Shown: piece by piece, positions 6,642 through 15,207 of the stretch
How positions within the stretch are numbered: position 1 is the stretch's first letter
Layout of the letters: every line of letters begins with the position of its first letter
Assembly: GCA_002305675.1 (NCBI GenBank)
Contig: DBQA01000006.1
Location: forward strand, 25,422-89,421
DNA length: 64,000 nucleotides
DNA from: Patescibacteria group bacterium UBA1406
Lineage (GTDB): Bacteria; Patescibacteriota; Microgenomatia; UBA1406
Direction of reading: 5' to 3'
Notes under the pieces: generated by a model
What the model saw: only the letters and a program-made list of their open reading frames with translations
What the model was told of the DNA's origin: nothing
Database searches by the model: none
Translations under genes and position numbers: made by a program

Positions 6642-9550
6642 TAGAATCGTTTAATGACAACATCAATTAGCCTGTTTAGGTACTTGGAAAAGTCGGATAC
6701 TGTCAATTTCCCTCGGTAGTCTTTCAGAATAATCTCTTGCAGGGTCTTTTTGGCGTTTTTCAAAAACTCCTCACGCTTGGATGAGTTTTGCCAGCCTTCA
6801 TCTAAAATATCAGACAATCGTCTGGTAATGTCTTGCACCAGTTCAATCAACTGTTCCTGTTTGGCTTCTTTGACAAACTCCTGGGAGATGGTAAATAACC
6901 CATACTCACGCAAGTCCAACCCTAACGCTTTGGCTTCATCACCTTTGCTTTTGATGTCGTTAAGAAGATCGTAGTAACGCTTAATTCTTTCTGACAGGTC
7001 AATCTGTTGGTTCTCAAACTCTTTTTTAATAGCCGATAGCTTCTCACTGAATCTGACAAATACAGGGTTTGTATCAACATTGATGGAGATTTCCTGTTTG
7101 ATGATTTTCTCCAAGTTTCGGGCTTTCTCCTCATCATCCATCTTGTCCAGCCGCTCCATTGTATAAAGATCATTAACCTTGAGTTCCCTAAAGTTTCGGG
7201 TAATGCCTTCATAATCAATCCGGTTTTGAATAAGCTGTTTGACCTTTTCGCCATATTCGGCCAGCATTTCATAGTCAACCCCTTGGCTTCTGAACTCTTT
7301 GACAAAAGCCAGATAAAAGCTCGTGATCCACTCAAACTTGCGAAGATACTGGGACAGGAAAGGATCAGGGGACAATATCTCAAACAGAAGCTTTAACCTA
7401 CTGTACTTATCGGCAAAGAATTGTTGTTTTCTTTCATTATCGGTGAATATCTTGAGTGACCGCCTCAAGTTTTCCATTGAAGGATCTTCAATGTTGATGC
7501 CAACAAACAAATCCATAACCTCGCCCATGACTTTGGCAAACTCTTCTTTGAGCTTGTCGATGTTGAGCATGGCCGAATCAACAATACTTTCGTCAAAGTT
7601 CAGAGCATCATAAAGATTTTTGGTTATACCATAGTAATCAATGATCTTGCCGCATCCTTTGTTGGGATAAACTCGGTTGGTGCGTGCGATTGCCTGAAGC
7701 AGGTTATGATCCCGAAGGGGTTTATCCAAGTACATCACCTGCTCAAGCGGAGCATCAAAACCAGTTAAAAGCATGTCGCAGACCAGTAAAAACTTGAGCG
7801 GGCTGTTGGGGTCTTTGAATCGGGCAATAATTTTCTCTCGCTCTCGTTTGTTGGTGTTGTATTCTTTGAGATTATCGCTGTCAGTATTGGGATCGCCCGG
7901 GGAATAAACCACCTCTGACCATTCAGGGGAGGTTAACTGATCAATCATCGCTTTATACTTGGCTGTGGCTTCTCGGTCATAACAAACAATTTGAGCCTTG
8001 AATCCGTTTGGTTCAACATATAGGCGGTAATGCTCAACAATATCTCTGGCTACTGCCTCCATGCGTTTATCCAGTTTAACCAGTGCTTCTTTTTTGCCAT
8101 ACTTTCGCATCAGCAAGTCCTTCTGCTCTGGGGTAAGATCAGTAGTCATCTCGTCAAACTGCTCATCTACTTTCTGCTCGTCTATGAAAAACTTTGACAG
8201 TCGAGCTTCGTAGGTAACAGGCAAAGTGGCTCCGTCATCTATGGCTTGTTGAATCGAGTAGTAATCCAGGTATCGCTCTCCGTCTTGACCAAAGTTTCGG
8301 TGGGTATTGAGGGTCGCCTTATCAATCGGAGTGCCAGTGAAGCCAAAGTAAAAAGCTTGCTGCATTGAAGTCCGCAGGTTTATAGCTGATACTCCTTCAT
8401 TATCTCGGTGGGCTTCATCGGACAGAACAATAATGTTTTCGTTGGGATTTTCAATGTTTGATCCCAGTTCCGTAAACTTCTGGATGGTAGAAATAAAAAT
8501 ACCACGCTCTTGGTTGTAGATTTTCTGCTCCAGATCACGCCTTGAAGTAACCCGAATGACATTTTTGCCTCCACAGTTGACGAAGGTGTCGTATATCTGA
8601 TCATCCAAATCAATGCGGTCAACCAAAACAAACACTTTAGGATTATTAAGTTCCTTATCAAAGCGAAGTTTCCAGGCAGTAAAGAACATGGTCAAACTCT
8701 TGCCTGACCCTTGGGTATGCCAAATTAAGCCTCGTTTCTTTTCGCCTTCCTTGACCCGCTCCACAATTTTGTTAGTAGCCCTATACTGCTGATACCTGGC
8801 AATCTTTTTGATTTTCGCTTCTTTTTCCTGTTCAAAGGTTATAAAGTTGCCGATAATATCCAACAACCTCTCGTGTACCAATAAAGCCGATAGAGTCATC
8901 TCCAGTTGGCCACCAGTTTCTTTTTCAAGCTCCTCATCTCTCCACTGTAAGAAGTATTGGGGTGTGGCATAAGTGGCAGCATAAAAGGTCTTGAGTCCGT
9001 CTGTGGCGACATTAAAGCAGTTTGGCCAGTAGAGCTTCAGGGCGTTCTTCTCATACCGCTTGAGCTGTCCGACTGCCTTGGAATAATCAACTGATTCTCC
9101 GGCGGTTGGGCTTTTGGCTTCAATATCAACCAAAGGCAATCCATTTACAAAGACCATAATGTCCGGTCTGATGTTTTCCAGATTACCTTCAAAGTAAAAC
9201 TGGTTGGTTACGACATAACGATTGTTTTCTGGTTTATCCAGATCAACGACATGGTAATCTCGCATCTTGCCAGTTTGGGGGTCTTTCAGATTAACGCCAT
9301 AGCGGTATAGTTTCAAAAAACCCTCATTAGTGTCGATCTTTTTTACTTCCCGAAGGACAGTCAAAGCTTCATCATCTCCAATATCGTTTATGCGTTTTAT
9401 TGCCTCAAGCAGATGAGGAGTAATCAAATATTCCGTTTCAAACTCGCGAAGTTTAGAAAACTCTTCCGGCTTGATGTACTCATACCCAAGGGACTGGGAT
9501 AAGTATTTAATAATGTGTTTTTCGACTGTATATTGTTCGTTGAATTTCAT
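6641..9550 (-). CDS. hsdR: Type I restriction endonuclease subunit R
   Basis: 969 aa. The N-terminal nuclease-like region contains PDIMVFVNGLPLVDIEAK. Helicase motifs are HTQGSGKSLTMF (Walker A), VLSDEAHR (DEAH) and QAIARTNR (motif VI). Confidence 0.95.
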   Translation of the reverse strand: MKFNEQYTVEKHIIKYLSQSLGYEYIKPEEFSKLREFETEYLITPHLLEAIKRINDIGDDEALTVLREVKKIDTNEGFLKLYRYGVNLKDPQTGKMRDYHVVDLDKPENNRYVVTNQFYFEGNLENIRPDIMVFVNGLPLVDIEAKSPTAGESVDYSKAVGQLKRYEKNALKLYWPNCFNVATDGLKTFYAATYATPQYFLQWRDEELEKETGGQLEMTLSALLVHERLLDIIGNFITFEQEKEAKIKKIARYQQYRATNKIVERVKEGEKKRGLIWHTQGSGKSLTMFFTAWKLRFDKELNNPKVFVLVDRIDLDDQIYDTFVNCGGKNVIRVTSRRDLEQKIYNQERGIFISTIQKFTELGSNIENPNENIIVLSDEAHRDNEGVSAINLRTSMQQAFYFGFTGTPIDKATLNTHRNFGQDGERYLDYYSIQQAIDDGATLPVTYEARLSKFFIDEQKVDEQFDEMTTDLTPEQKDLLMRKYGKKEALVKLDKRMEAVARDIVEHYRLYVEPNGFKAQIVCYDREATAKYKAMIDQLTSPEWSEVVYSPGDPNTDSDNLKEYNTNKREREKIIARFKDPNSPLKFLLVCDMLLTGFDAPLEQVMYLDKPLRDHNLLQAIARTNRVYPNKGCGKIIDYYGITKNLYDALNFDESIVDSAMLNIDKLKEEFAKVMGEVMDLFVGINIEDPSMENLRRSLKIFTDNERKQQFFADKYSRLKLLFEILSPDPFLSQYLRKFEWITSFYLAFVKEFRSQGVDYEMLAEYGEKVKQLIQNRIDYEGITRNFRELKVNDLYTMERLDKMDDEEKARNLEKIIKQEISINVDTNPVFVRFSEKLSAIKKEFENQQIDLSERIKRYYDLLNDIKSKGDEAKALGLDLREYGLFTISQEFVKEAKQEQLIELVQDITRRLSDILDEGWQNSSKREEFLKNAKKTLQEIILKDYRGKLTVSDFSKYLNRLIDVVIKRF

Positions 9551-9551
9551 G

Positions 9552-10157
9552 TTATGATTTTTTAATTCTCTTAACTTCTATAGTTCCGTGATTATTCCTG
9601 TCACGACCAGAATAATAGTAGCCAGTTAAGGTGTCTTTTTCTTCATCGTGTACTAACTTTGCTGATCCTTCATGCATCGCCATGGTTTCGACAGCATCAT
9701 ATTTAGGCTCGTTTCTAAAAAAATAAAAAAGAGCGACCTTGTTATCAATATCACTTCTGCTGAAGTTTTCATGTACACTTACTGATTTTGACTGGTCGAA
9801 AGTGCCACATAATGTAATGTCAGTTGCTGTTTGTTCAATTACCAGTTCTGCTTTTATATCTTTCTGGAAATTATCGTAGGACGACTTAACAATACCTTGC
9901 CATTTTCCGTTAAGGTCATCGGCAATAATTATTCCAATTCTCCTAAAGAATGGATGTTTCCAAAGATAATTGTTGAAAACCCAAAATAAGATGGAATACA
10001 CACCCACAGTAGAGATCGGTAAATCAATGTAAAAAGGTAAAACAATTTGGTTACTTTTCAACAGTTGAGAGATTAAGTAAGAGATGATTACACTAACTGC
10101 TATTAAGATCAAGATAAAGTATGTGAATTTTTTATAGTTATCGCTGTTTATATTCAT
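9552..10157 (-). CDS. Two-TM, beta-strand-rich putative CBASS effector (SMODS-associated 2TM-beta / Cap15-like)
   Basis: 201 aa with two N-terminal hydrophobic helices (FTYFILILIAVSVIISYLISQLL and ISTVGVYSILFWVFNNYLW). A strand-rich C-terminal ~130 aa follows (GKWQGIVKS..ELVIEQTATDITLCGTF..VALFYFFRNEP..LTGYYYSGRDRNNHGTIEVKR). ATGA overlap with the upstream NTase gene. Confidence 0.55.
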   Translation of the reverse strand: MNINSDNYKKFTYFILILIAVSVIISYLISQLLKSNQIVLPFYIDLPISTVGVYSILFWVFNNYLWKHPFFRRIGIIIADDLNGKWQGIVKSSYDNFQKDIKAELVIEQTATDITLCGTFDQSKSVSVHENFSRSDIDNKVALFYFFRNEPKYDAVETMAMHEGSAKLVHDEEKDTLTGYYYSGRDRNNHGTIEVKRIKKS

Positions 10158-11095
10158 AGTGTTAATTTGCCCAAGAAATAATTAGCCATGACATTGATAA
10201 ACTTTATGAGATCATCCAGATTCCAGGTTTTCGGACTGAAAAGTGTATCTTGTTCATTTGCACAAATAAAACCAGTAATCCTTCCGGCCTCTATTGCGTC
10301 AAGAATAAACTGTAATGATTTGAGCATGCAATCCGTATAACTTCCATCAAAGCATGGACTGGTACAGTTGTATAAAAGATTTTCGATAAAGTATGAAGGA
10401 GCTGTTTTCTCATCTAAATGACCATGATCAATTAGATTATTCCGCATGTTTTTGTATATTCTGACCAAATCCTTGAATTTCCCAGAAGTATCAACATTCT
10501 TGGATTCGCAGTTTTCAAGATGCTTTTTGGGGTAGTTGATTATTTCAGTATCATCTGAAGTATCATAGAATCGCATCCCTTCAACAAATCTTTGGTCGGT
10601 ATATGAAAGGAATCTTTTGTAAATCCTGTATTGAAGGCAAGGTACGACATCTGCATCTACCCGATTACTATTTTTTATAACATTCAAACACTTTTTATCC
10701 CATTGAACCTGCCCCTGCCCAAAATCACGCAGTAATGCGTCATAGACATCTTTTTTGAAATGTTTGAATAAGTAAAGGCTGGTACTATGCATTGAATCAT
10801 AAAGAGCTTTTTGTGTAGATTCTAATCCGGTTGTATCAGATTTGAAAACGCTATCAAGTTGAACAACAATATCCACATCACTGTCAAATCTGACATTCGT
10901 GCTGTTGGCGTATGATCCCTGAAGATAAACTTCATATTTGAACTCGGACAAATTAAACGCTTTCTTAATTTCATCAAGAGGTAATTGCCTCCTTAATGCT
11001 TCCTCAATAATTTCTCTTGTCCTCTTAATCTTCTCCATTTCAGTAGGACTGGGAGCGCTTGACCAAGTTTGTAATTGCTGTTCAGAAATAACCAT
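10154..11095 (-). CDS. CD-NTase/SMODS-like nucleotidyltransferase
   Basis: 313 aa with the Pol-beta NTase triad layout: LQGSYANST (G-S), DSDVDIVV (DxD) and a third acidic motif VDADVVPC about 75 aa later. The helix motif PSYFIENLLYNC follows, as in CD-NTase/OAS-like enzymes. Confidence 0.65.
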   Translation of the reverse strand: MVISEQQLQTWSSAPSPTEMEKIKRTREIIEEALRRQLPLDEIKKAFNLSEFKYEVYLQGSYANSTNVRFDSDVDIVVQLDSVFKSDTTGLESTQKALYDSMHSTSLYLFKHFKKDVYDALLRDFGQGQVQWDKKCLNVIKNSNRVDADVVPCLQYRIYKRFLSYTDQRFVEGMRFYDTSDDTEIINYPKKHLENCESKNVDTSGKFKDLVRIYKNMRNNLIDHGHLDEKTAPSYFIENLLYNCTSPCFDGSYTDCMLKSLQFILDAIEAGRITGFICANEQDTLFSPKTWNLDDLIKFINVMANYFLGKLTL

Positions 11096-11099
11096 AAGT

Positions 11100-12230
11100 C
11101 TAATTCACCTCTACCTTTCTATTAAAAATATCGTGCATTAGTCCATTTTTTAGTGCAGTTAGCTTTTCTTTTGTTCGCCTTTCACTAAATAACTTTGCAT
11201 TAACAGCAGATACAGTAGCAACTATCTTTTCTTGTTCGCTTATGTCAGGTAATGGGACATCAAAATCTCTAATTTCTTCTAAATGTAAATTAGTGACTGT
11301 TCCTTGCTTGCTTCTTTTTGTTGCTTGGTTAATTAAATAATCCGATCCTAATACAATTCCCATGTAGTCTGACAAAACTTGATTGTGATCAGGTTTTATA
11401 AGACAAAGGCTGACGAAAATGCTAAACTCGCGATCCCAATTCACTATTTTTGTAATTCCTATTGTTCCATTCTTTGAAAGCAAAATATCGCCTTTTTCTG
11501 GATGACAGCGTTTTATAAGTTCCGCATGTTCTTCTGGGGAAATGTATTTGGTCGTTCCCCAGTTTATTTCAGGATCTTGTATATCGTTAATTCTCAAGAA
11601 GGGCACACCTGTTTCAGTATATTTTGGAGTTCTGTGAGTTCCATCTGTAATTTTAGAAGTAATAGTATTTAGCTTTACAATTTTCCAAGCAGGATTATTT
11701 TTCCCCTTATCAAAAAGATCAGAGATAATACCTTGTTTTAGTACTTCATTATTCTTAATAATTTCATCAGTAATTGAAATTTGTTTATTTAGTATTCGAA
11801 AATATGTTGATACTTTAACTTGAATATCTTGTGGAGGTAAGTTTACTGGTATTCCCATTAAGTCTGATTTGTTTAATTTACCTCTTGTTGTACCTGAAGT
11901 GTATTGCCTCAAATCAGCATAATTTAGGTATTCCTTTAGAAAATCAATGTCAGCATTAGTTACTCTCAAAACATGAGCGTGATTATTGACCCAACTTTTA
12001 CCCTCGATGATATAGGCAGTGTTTGCATATGCCGACCAGTCAGCTCCATCTTCACCAACAAGAAGCAACTTTTCGTCAAAGATGTAATCATCAACATAAT
12101 CAACAATTCCAGTAGCTCCATAATAAGGAATTGTGCCTTTAATCCGTTTTGATCTCGTTACAGGAACTCGTAAGTTATCCAAGTTTTCAACAAGCTCGCC
12201 GAGTTTTGATTGCTGCCAGTTATTTGTCAT
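11100..12230 (-). CDS. hsdS: Type I R-M specificity subunit S
   Basis: 376 aa with two target-recognition halves, each followed by a conserved helical spacer (LPPQDIQVKVSTYFRILNKQI and LPDISEQEKIVATVSAVNAKL). It overlaps the hsdM stop by 11 nt. Confidence 0.9.
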   Translation of the reverse strand: MTNNWQQSKLGELVENLDNLRVPVTRSKRIKGTIPYYGATGIVDYVDDYIFDEKLLLVGEDGADWSAYANTAYIIEGKSWVNNHAHVLRVTNADIDFLKEYLNYADLRQYTSGTTRGKLNKSDLMGIPVNLPPQDIQVKVSTYFRILNKQISITDEIIKNNEVLKQGIISDLFDKGKNNPAWKIVKLNTITSKITDGTHRTPKYTETGVPFLRINDIQDPEINWGTTKYISPEEHAELIKRCHPEKGDILLSKNGTIGITKIVNWDREFSIFVSLCLIKPDHNQVLSDYMGIVLGSDYLINQATKRSKQGTVTNLHLEEIRDFDVPLPDISEQEKIVATVSAVNAKLFSERRTKEKLTALKNGLMHDIFNRKVEVN

Positions 12231-13911
12231 ATCCTAATTCTTTGATGAATGAAGCAACTTTTTGATTAACAGAACTTCGTACTTCTTCCAGTTGTTTCAA
12301 TTCCTGCCAGACTTGCTTAACATCAATTACTTCCTGTTCCTCGTTTCCGTCAATGTATCGCCGGACATTGAGGTTATATTCGTTTTCCTTGATCTCCTCC
12401 ATGTCCACAACTCGGGCGTACTTCTCAATGTCCTGATACTGGTCGTAGGCCTTTATAATCTTGTCTATGTCCTGTTTGCGGAGCGTGTTCTGGTTTTTCC
12501 CTTCCAGAAAATCCCGCTCTGCGTCAATTAACAGTACCTTGTTTTTCTTTTGTTCAGGCTTGTTGTTATTCAATATCCAAACAGCAGCTGGGATTCCTGT
12601 CCCATAAAAGAGTTTGGGAGGGAGAGCGACAATTGCTTCAACAAGATCATTCTTTAATATCTGCTCTCTGATTCTACCCTCACTACCCCCTCTGAAAAGC
12701 ACACCATGAGGCAGGACAATACCAGCTCTGCCATTTGTGTTCATAGATTTGATAATGTGGAGAACAAATGCAAAGTCAGCGTTTTTCTGGGGAGGCAGAT
12801 CGTATCCGTCAATTCTTCCGTATTTGTCATTCCTATACACTTCAAACTCCCAGTCTTTAATGGAATAAGGCGGATTTGCGACCACAATGTCGAAGGTTTG
12901 CAAGTTTCCCGAATCAGTTATAAACTGCGGATTAGCCAAAGTATCACCCCTGCGGATGTCAGCACTGTCCAAGCCATGTAAAAACATATTGATTTTGGCT
13001 ATGGCAAATGTGCCGATGTTGATTTCCTGTCCGTAAAGGTAAAGCGTTCGGGCTATGGTTTCATTAACTTTGTCTTTGAGGTAGTTATAAGCTTCAAGCA
13101 AGAAACCACCTGATCCAACTGTGGGATCATAGACATGATCCTTCTGGTGAGGCTTGAGGATACCGATGATGATACGCTCAACTTCTCGTGGGGTATAAAA
13201 CTCTCCACCTTTTTTACCTGCATCTGCGGCAAACTGTTTGATCAGATATTCGTAAGCGTCACCCAACAGATCAGAGCTAATGTAGTTACTGCCAAAGTTA
13301 TACTGGGAGAAGTGGTTGATTAAGCGTTGCAGGGTTTCATTGGGGAATCGGTCTTTATTGGCAAAGTCCAGATCATCAAAGATTTTATCCAGTTTGGGGC
13401 TATTAACATTGGTGAGCTTGTCAAAGATTTCGTTGAGTTTCTTGCCGATATTTTCCGAAGTATTTTCAATCACCGACCATTTGCATTCTTTGGGAACTTG
13501 GAAGCGGTGGTTGTAATCGGCTTCGGCAAGGGATGTGTCCTTGAACTCCTCTAATACTTTTTGGTATTCCTCATCCCAGACATCGCTTATCCGTTTATAA
13601 AAAAGCAGACCAAAGATGTACTTTTTGTAGTCAGAGCTGTCTATCTTGCCTCGGAGAATATCGGCACTTCGCCATAAAAACTGTTCAAGCTGGGACAGGG
13701 TTAGTTTGCTGCCCATTTTGGCGATTATGACTTCAATATCTTCCTTGCGGTATTTGCGGTCTTTGCGTGGTCCAACCCGAAGTGGTACAAGTTCACCGCT
13801 TTTTTCCCAGTTACGAAGGGTATCCTGATGTATTTTGAAGAGCTTGGATACTTCACCGATTGTTAATAGGTCAGGGGTTTCTTCAAGAACTTTTTTTGCT
13901 ATATCTGTCAT
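12220..13911 (-). CDS. hsdM: Type I R-M N6-adenine DNA methyltransferase subunit M with an N-terminal MerR/excisionase-type HTH
   Basis: 563 aa. The HsdM N-domain contains LWRSADILRGKIDSSDYKKYIFGLLFYKRISD. The SAM motif is DPTVGSGGFL and the catalytic motif is VVANPPYS. The extra N-terminal ~65 aa is LLTIGEVSKLFKIHQDTLRNWEKSGELVPLRVGPRKDRKYRKEDIEVI. Confidence 0.95.
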   Translation of the reverse strand: MTDIAKKVLEETPDLLTIGEVSKLFKIHQDTLRNWEKSGELVPLRVGPRKDRKYRKEDIEVIIAKMGSKLTLSQLEQFLWRSADILRGKIDSSDYKKYIFGLLFYKRISDVWDEEYQKVLEEFKDTSLAEADYNHRFQVPKECKWSVIENTSENIGKKLNEIFDKLTNVNSPKLDKIFDDLDFANKDRFPNETLQRLINHFSQYNFGSNYISSDLLGDAYEYLIKQFAADAGKKGGEFYTPREVERIIIGILKPHQKDHVYDPTVGSGGFLLEAYNYLKDKVNETIARTLYLYGQEINIGTFAIAKINMFLHGLDSADIRRGDTLANPQFITDSGNLQTFDIVVANPPYSIKDWEFEVYRNDKYGRIDGYDLPPQKNADFAFVLHIIKSMNTNGRAGIVLPHGVLFRGGSEGRIREQILKNDLVEAIVALPPKLFYGTGIPAAVWILNNNKPEQKKNKVLLIDAERDFLEGKNQNTLRKQDIDKIIKAYDQYQDIEKYARVVDMEEIKENEYNLNVRRYIDGNEEQEVIDVKQVWQELKQLEEVRSSVNQKVASFIKELGYDK

Positions 13912-14088
13912 ATCAATCTTAATTTAATTCATCCATAGTTGGATGATAGTTGGTAAAGAGTATAGCTGTTCTTTTACCAAAATGCAAGAGTAATGTTTCA
14001 TAGGTATTCATAGGTTTGATCTACTTTTCCATTTGACACGAGCCTGCTCTCTGCTACGCTTACGATATACATATAAACAATTATTTAG

Positions 14089-14241
14089 ATGGATATGACA
14101 ATTAAAAGGAAAGTTATTAGGAAACGAAAAACAAGAAATACTCCAAGGCTACTCTCCCAGTCCGAGATCATCAAAAAGATCAACCGCCACACTCGAAAAA
14201 GTTACCAGTTATTCGAGTTATTGCTGTGGGAAAAAGATTGA
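14089..14241 (+). CDS. Possible 50-aa basic ORF immediately upstream of the integrase
   Basis: Hand-translated as MDMTIKRKVIRKRKTRNTPRLLSQSEIIKKINRHTRKSYQLFELLLWEKD. Its stop lies 1 nt before the integrase ATG. It is below the track cutoff. It may be an Xis-like or regulatory peptide, or spurious. Confidence 0.25.
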   Translation: MDMTIKRKVIRKRKTRNTPRLLSQSEIIKKINRHTRKSYQLFELLLWEKD

Positions 14242-14242
14242 T

Positions 14243-15202
14243 ATGGAAAATAACCTGATTGTTTATAAACATGGTCAATTTAATCCTCTGGAATGGCCAC
14301 AGAGGCTGTTTGAACACTTGGATGTGTCAGATACGACCAGAATAGAGTACGGAGCGAGAATTAACCTTTTTATTGATTTTATTAAGGAGAAAGGCTTTAA
14401 CCGCAACAGCTACCTTGAATATAAGGGACACCTGTCCCGCAGGACTGACTTTTCTGTAAGCACCAAAAACAAATACCTGATTGTTGCCAGAGTCTTTTGT
14501 AAGGAACTGCACCGGCAGGGATATTTGCCAGTTGATATTACCCAGAACATTAAATCCTTCAAGCAGTCCAGGAAACACAAAAAGGATGGACTGACAGAAG
14601 GAGAAATCCAGAAAATACTATCTCACTTTCAGACAGTTGAGAACAGTAAAGATACCAGTCGAGCCAAGGCGTTACTTTCACTGTTGATTCTGCAAGGACT
14701 TCGGCAAATTGAGATAGTTCGCCTGAATGTGACTGAAATTGATATAGTTTCCCAAACAGCTTTTGTGCAAGGTAAAGGCAGGGATGACAAGGAAGTAATT
14801 GATCTGCACCCGGTCACAGTATCAGCTCTCAAAGATTACATTAGAAAGTGGAAAGTGGCAGACGGAGCATTATTCACCAGCACAAGCAATAACAGCAAGC
14901 ACCACAGACTAACCACACGATCCATCCGTAACATCATCAACCCCTTATTAAGAAGTCTTGAGATTGATAAAACAGTACATGGATTCAGACATTACTTCAC
15001 CACCAAACTTATCAAGTCTTATAAAGGTGATCTTTTAACAGTCGCCCAGTACACCAGACACAAGAGTCTGGAAATGCTTCAGATCTACAACGACACTATC
15101 AAACACAAGGCTGATTTACCCAAATATTACCAGACTTTTGAGAGCGTCAATTTTGACCAATTTGAGCCTTCCATTTCCCATAATTTACATTACAAGAAAT
15201 AA
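14243..15202 (+). CDS. Tyrosine site-specific recombinase/integrase
   Basis: 319 aa with an N-terminal SAM-like core-binding region. Catalytic-domain motifs are LILQGLRQIEIVRL (Arg), HGFRHYFTT (H-x-x-R) and TRHKSLEMLQIY (His...Tyr). Confidence 0.85.
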   Translation: MENNLIVYKHGQFNPLEWPQRLFEHLDVSDTTRIEYGARINLFIDFIKEKGFNRNSYLEYKGHLSRRTDFSVSTKNKYLIVARVFCKELHRQGYLPVDITQNIKSFKQSRKHKKDGLTEGEIQKILSHFQTVENSKDTSRAKALLSLLILQGLRQIEIVRLNVTEIDIVSQTAFVQGKGRDDKEVIDLHPVTVSALKDYIRKWKVADGALFTSTSNNSKHHRLTTRSIRNIINPLLRSLEIDKTVHGFRHYFTTKLIKSYKGDLLTVAQYTRHKSLEMLQIYNDTIKHKADLPKYYQTFESVNFDQFEPSISHNLHYKK

Positions 15203-15207
15203 AAACT

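Noticed and set aside
14243-15202. Tyrosine recombinase as an hsdS-shuffling (phase-variation) recombinase, as in multi-hsdS type I loci
   Set aside because: Only one complete hsdS is present. I found no additional hsdS fragments or inverted repeats matching hsdS sequence nearby.
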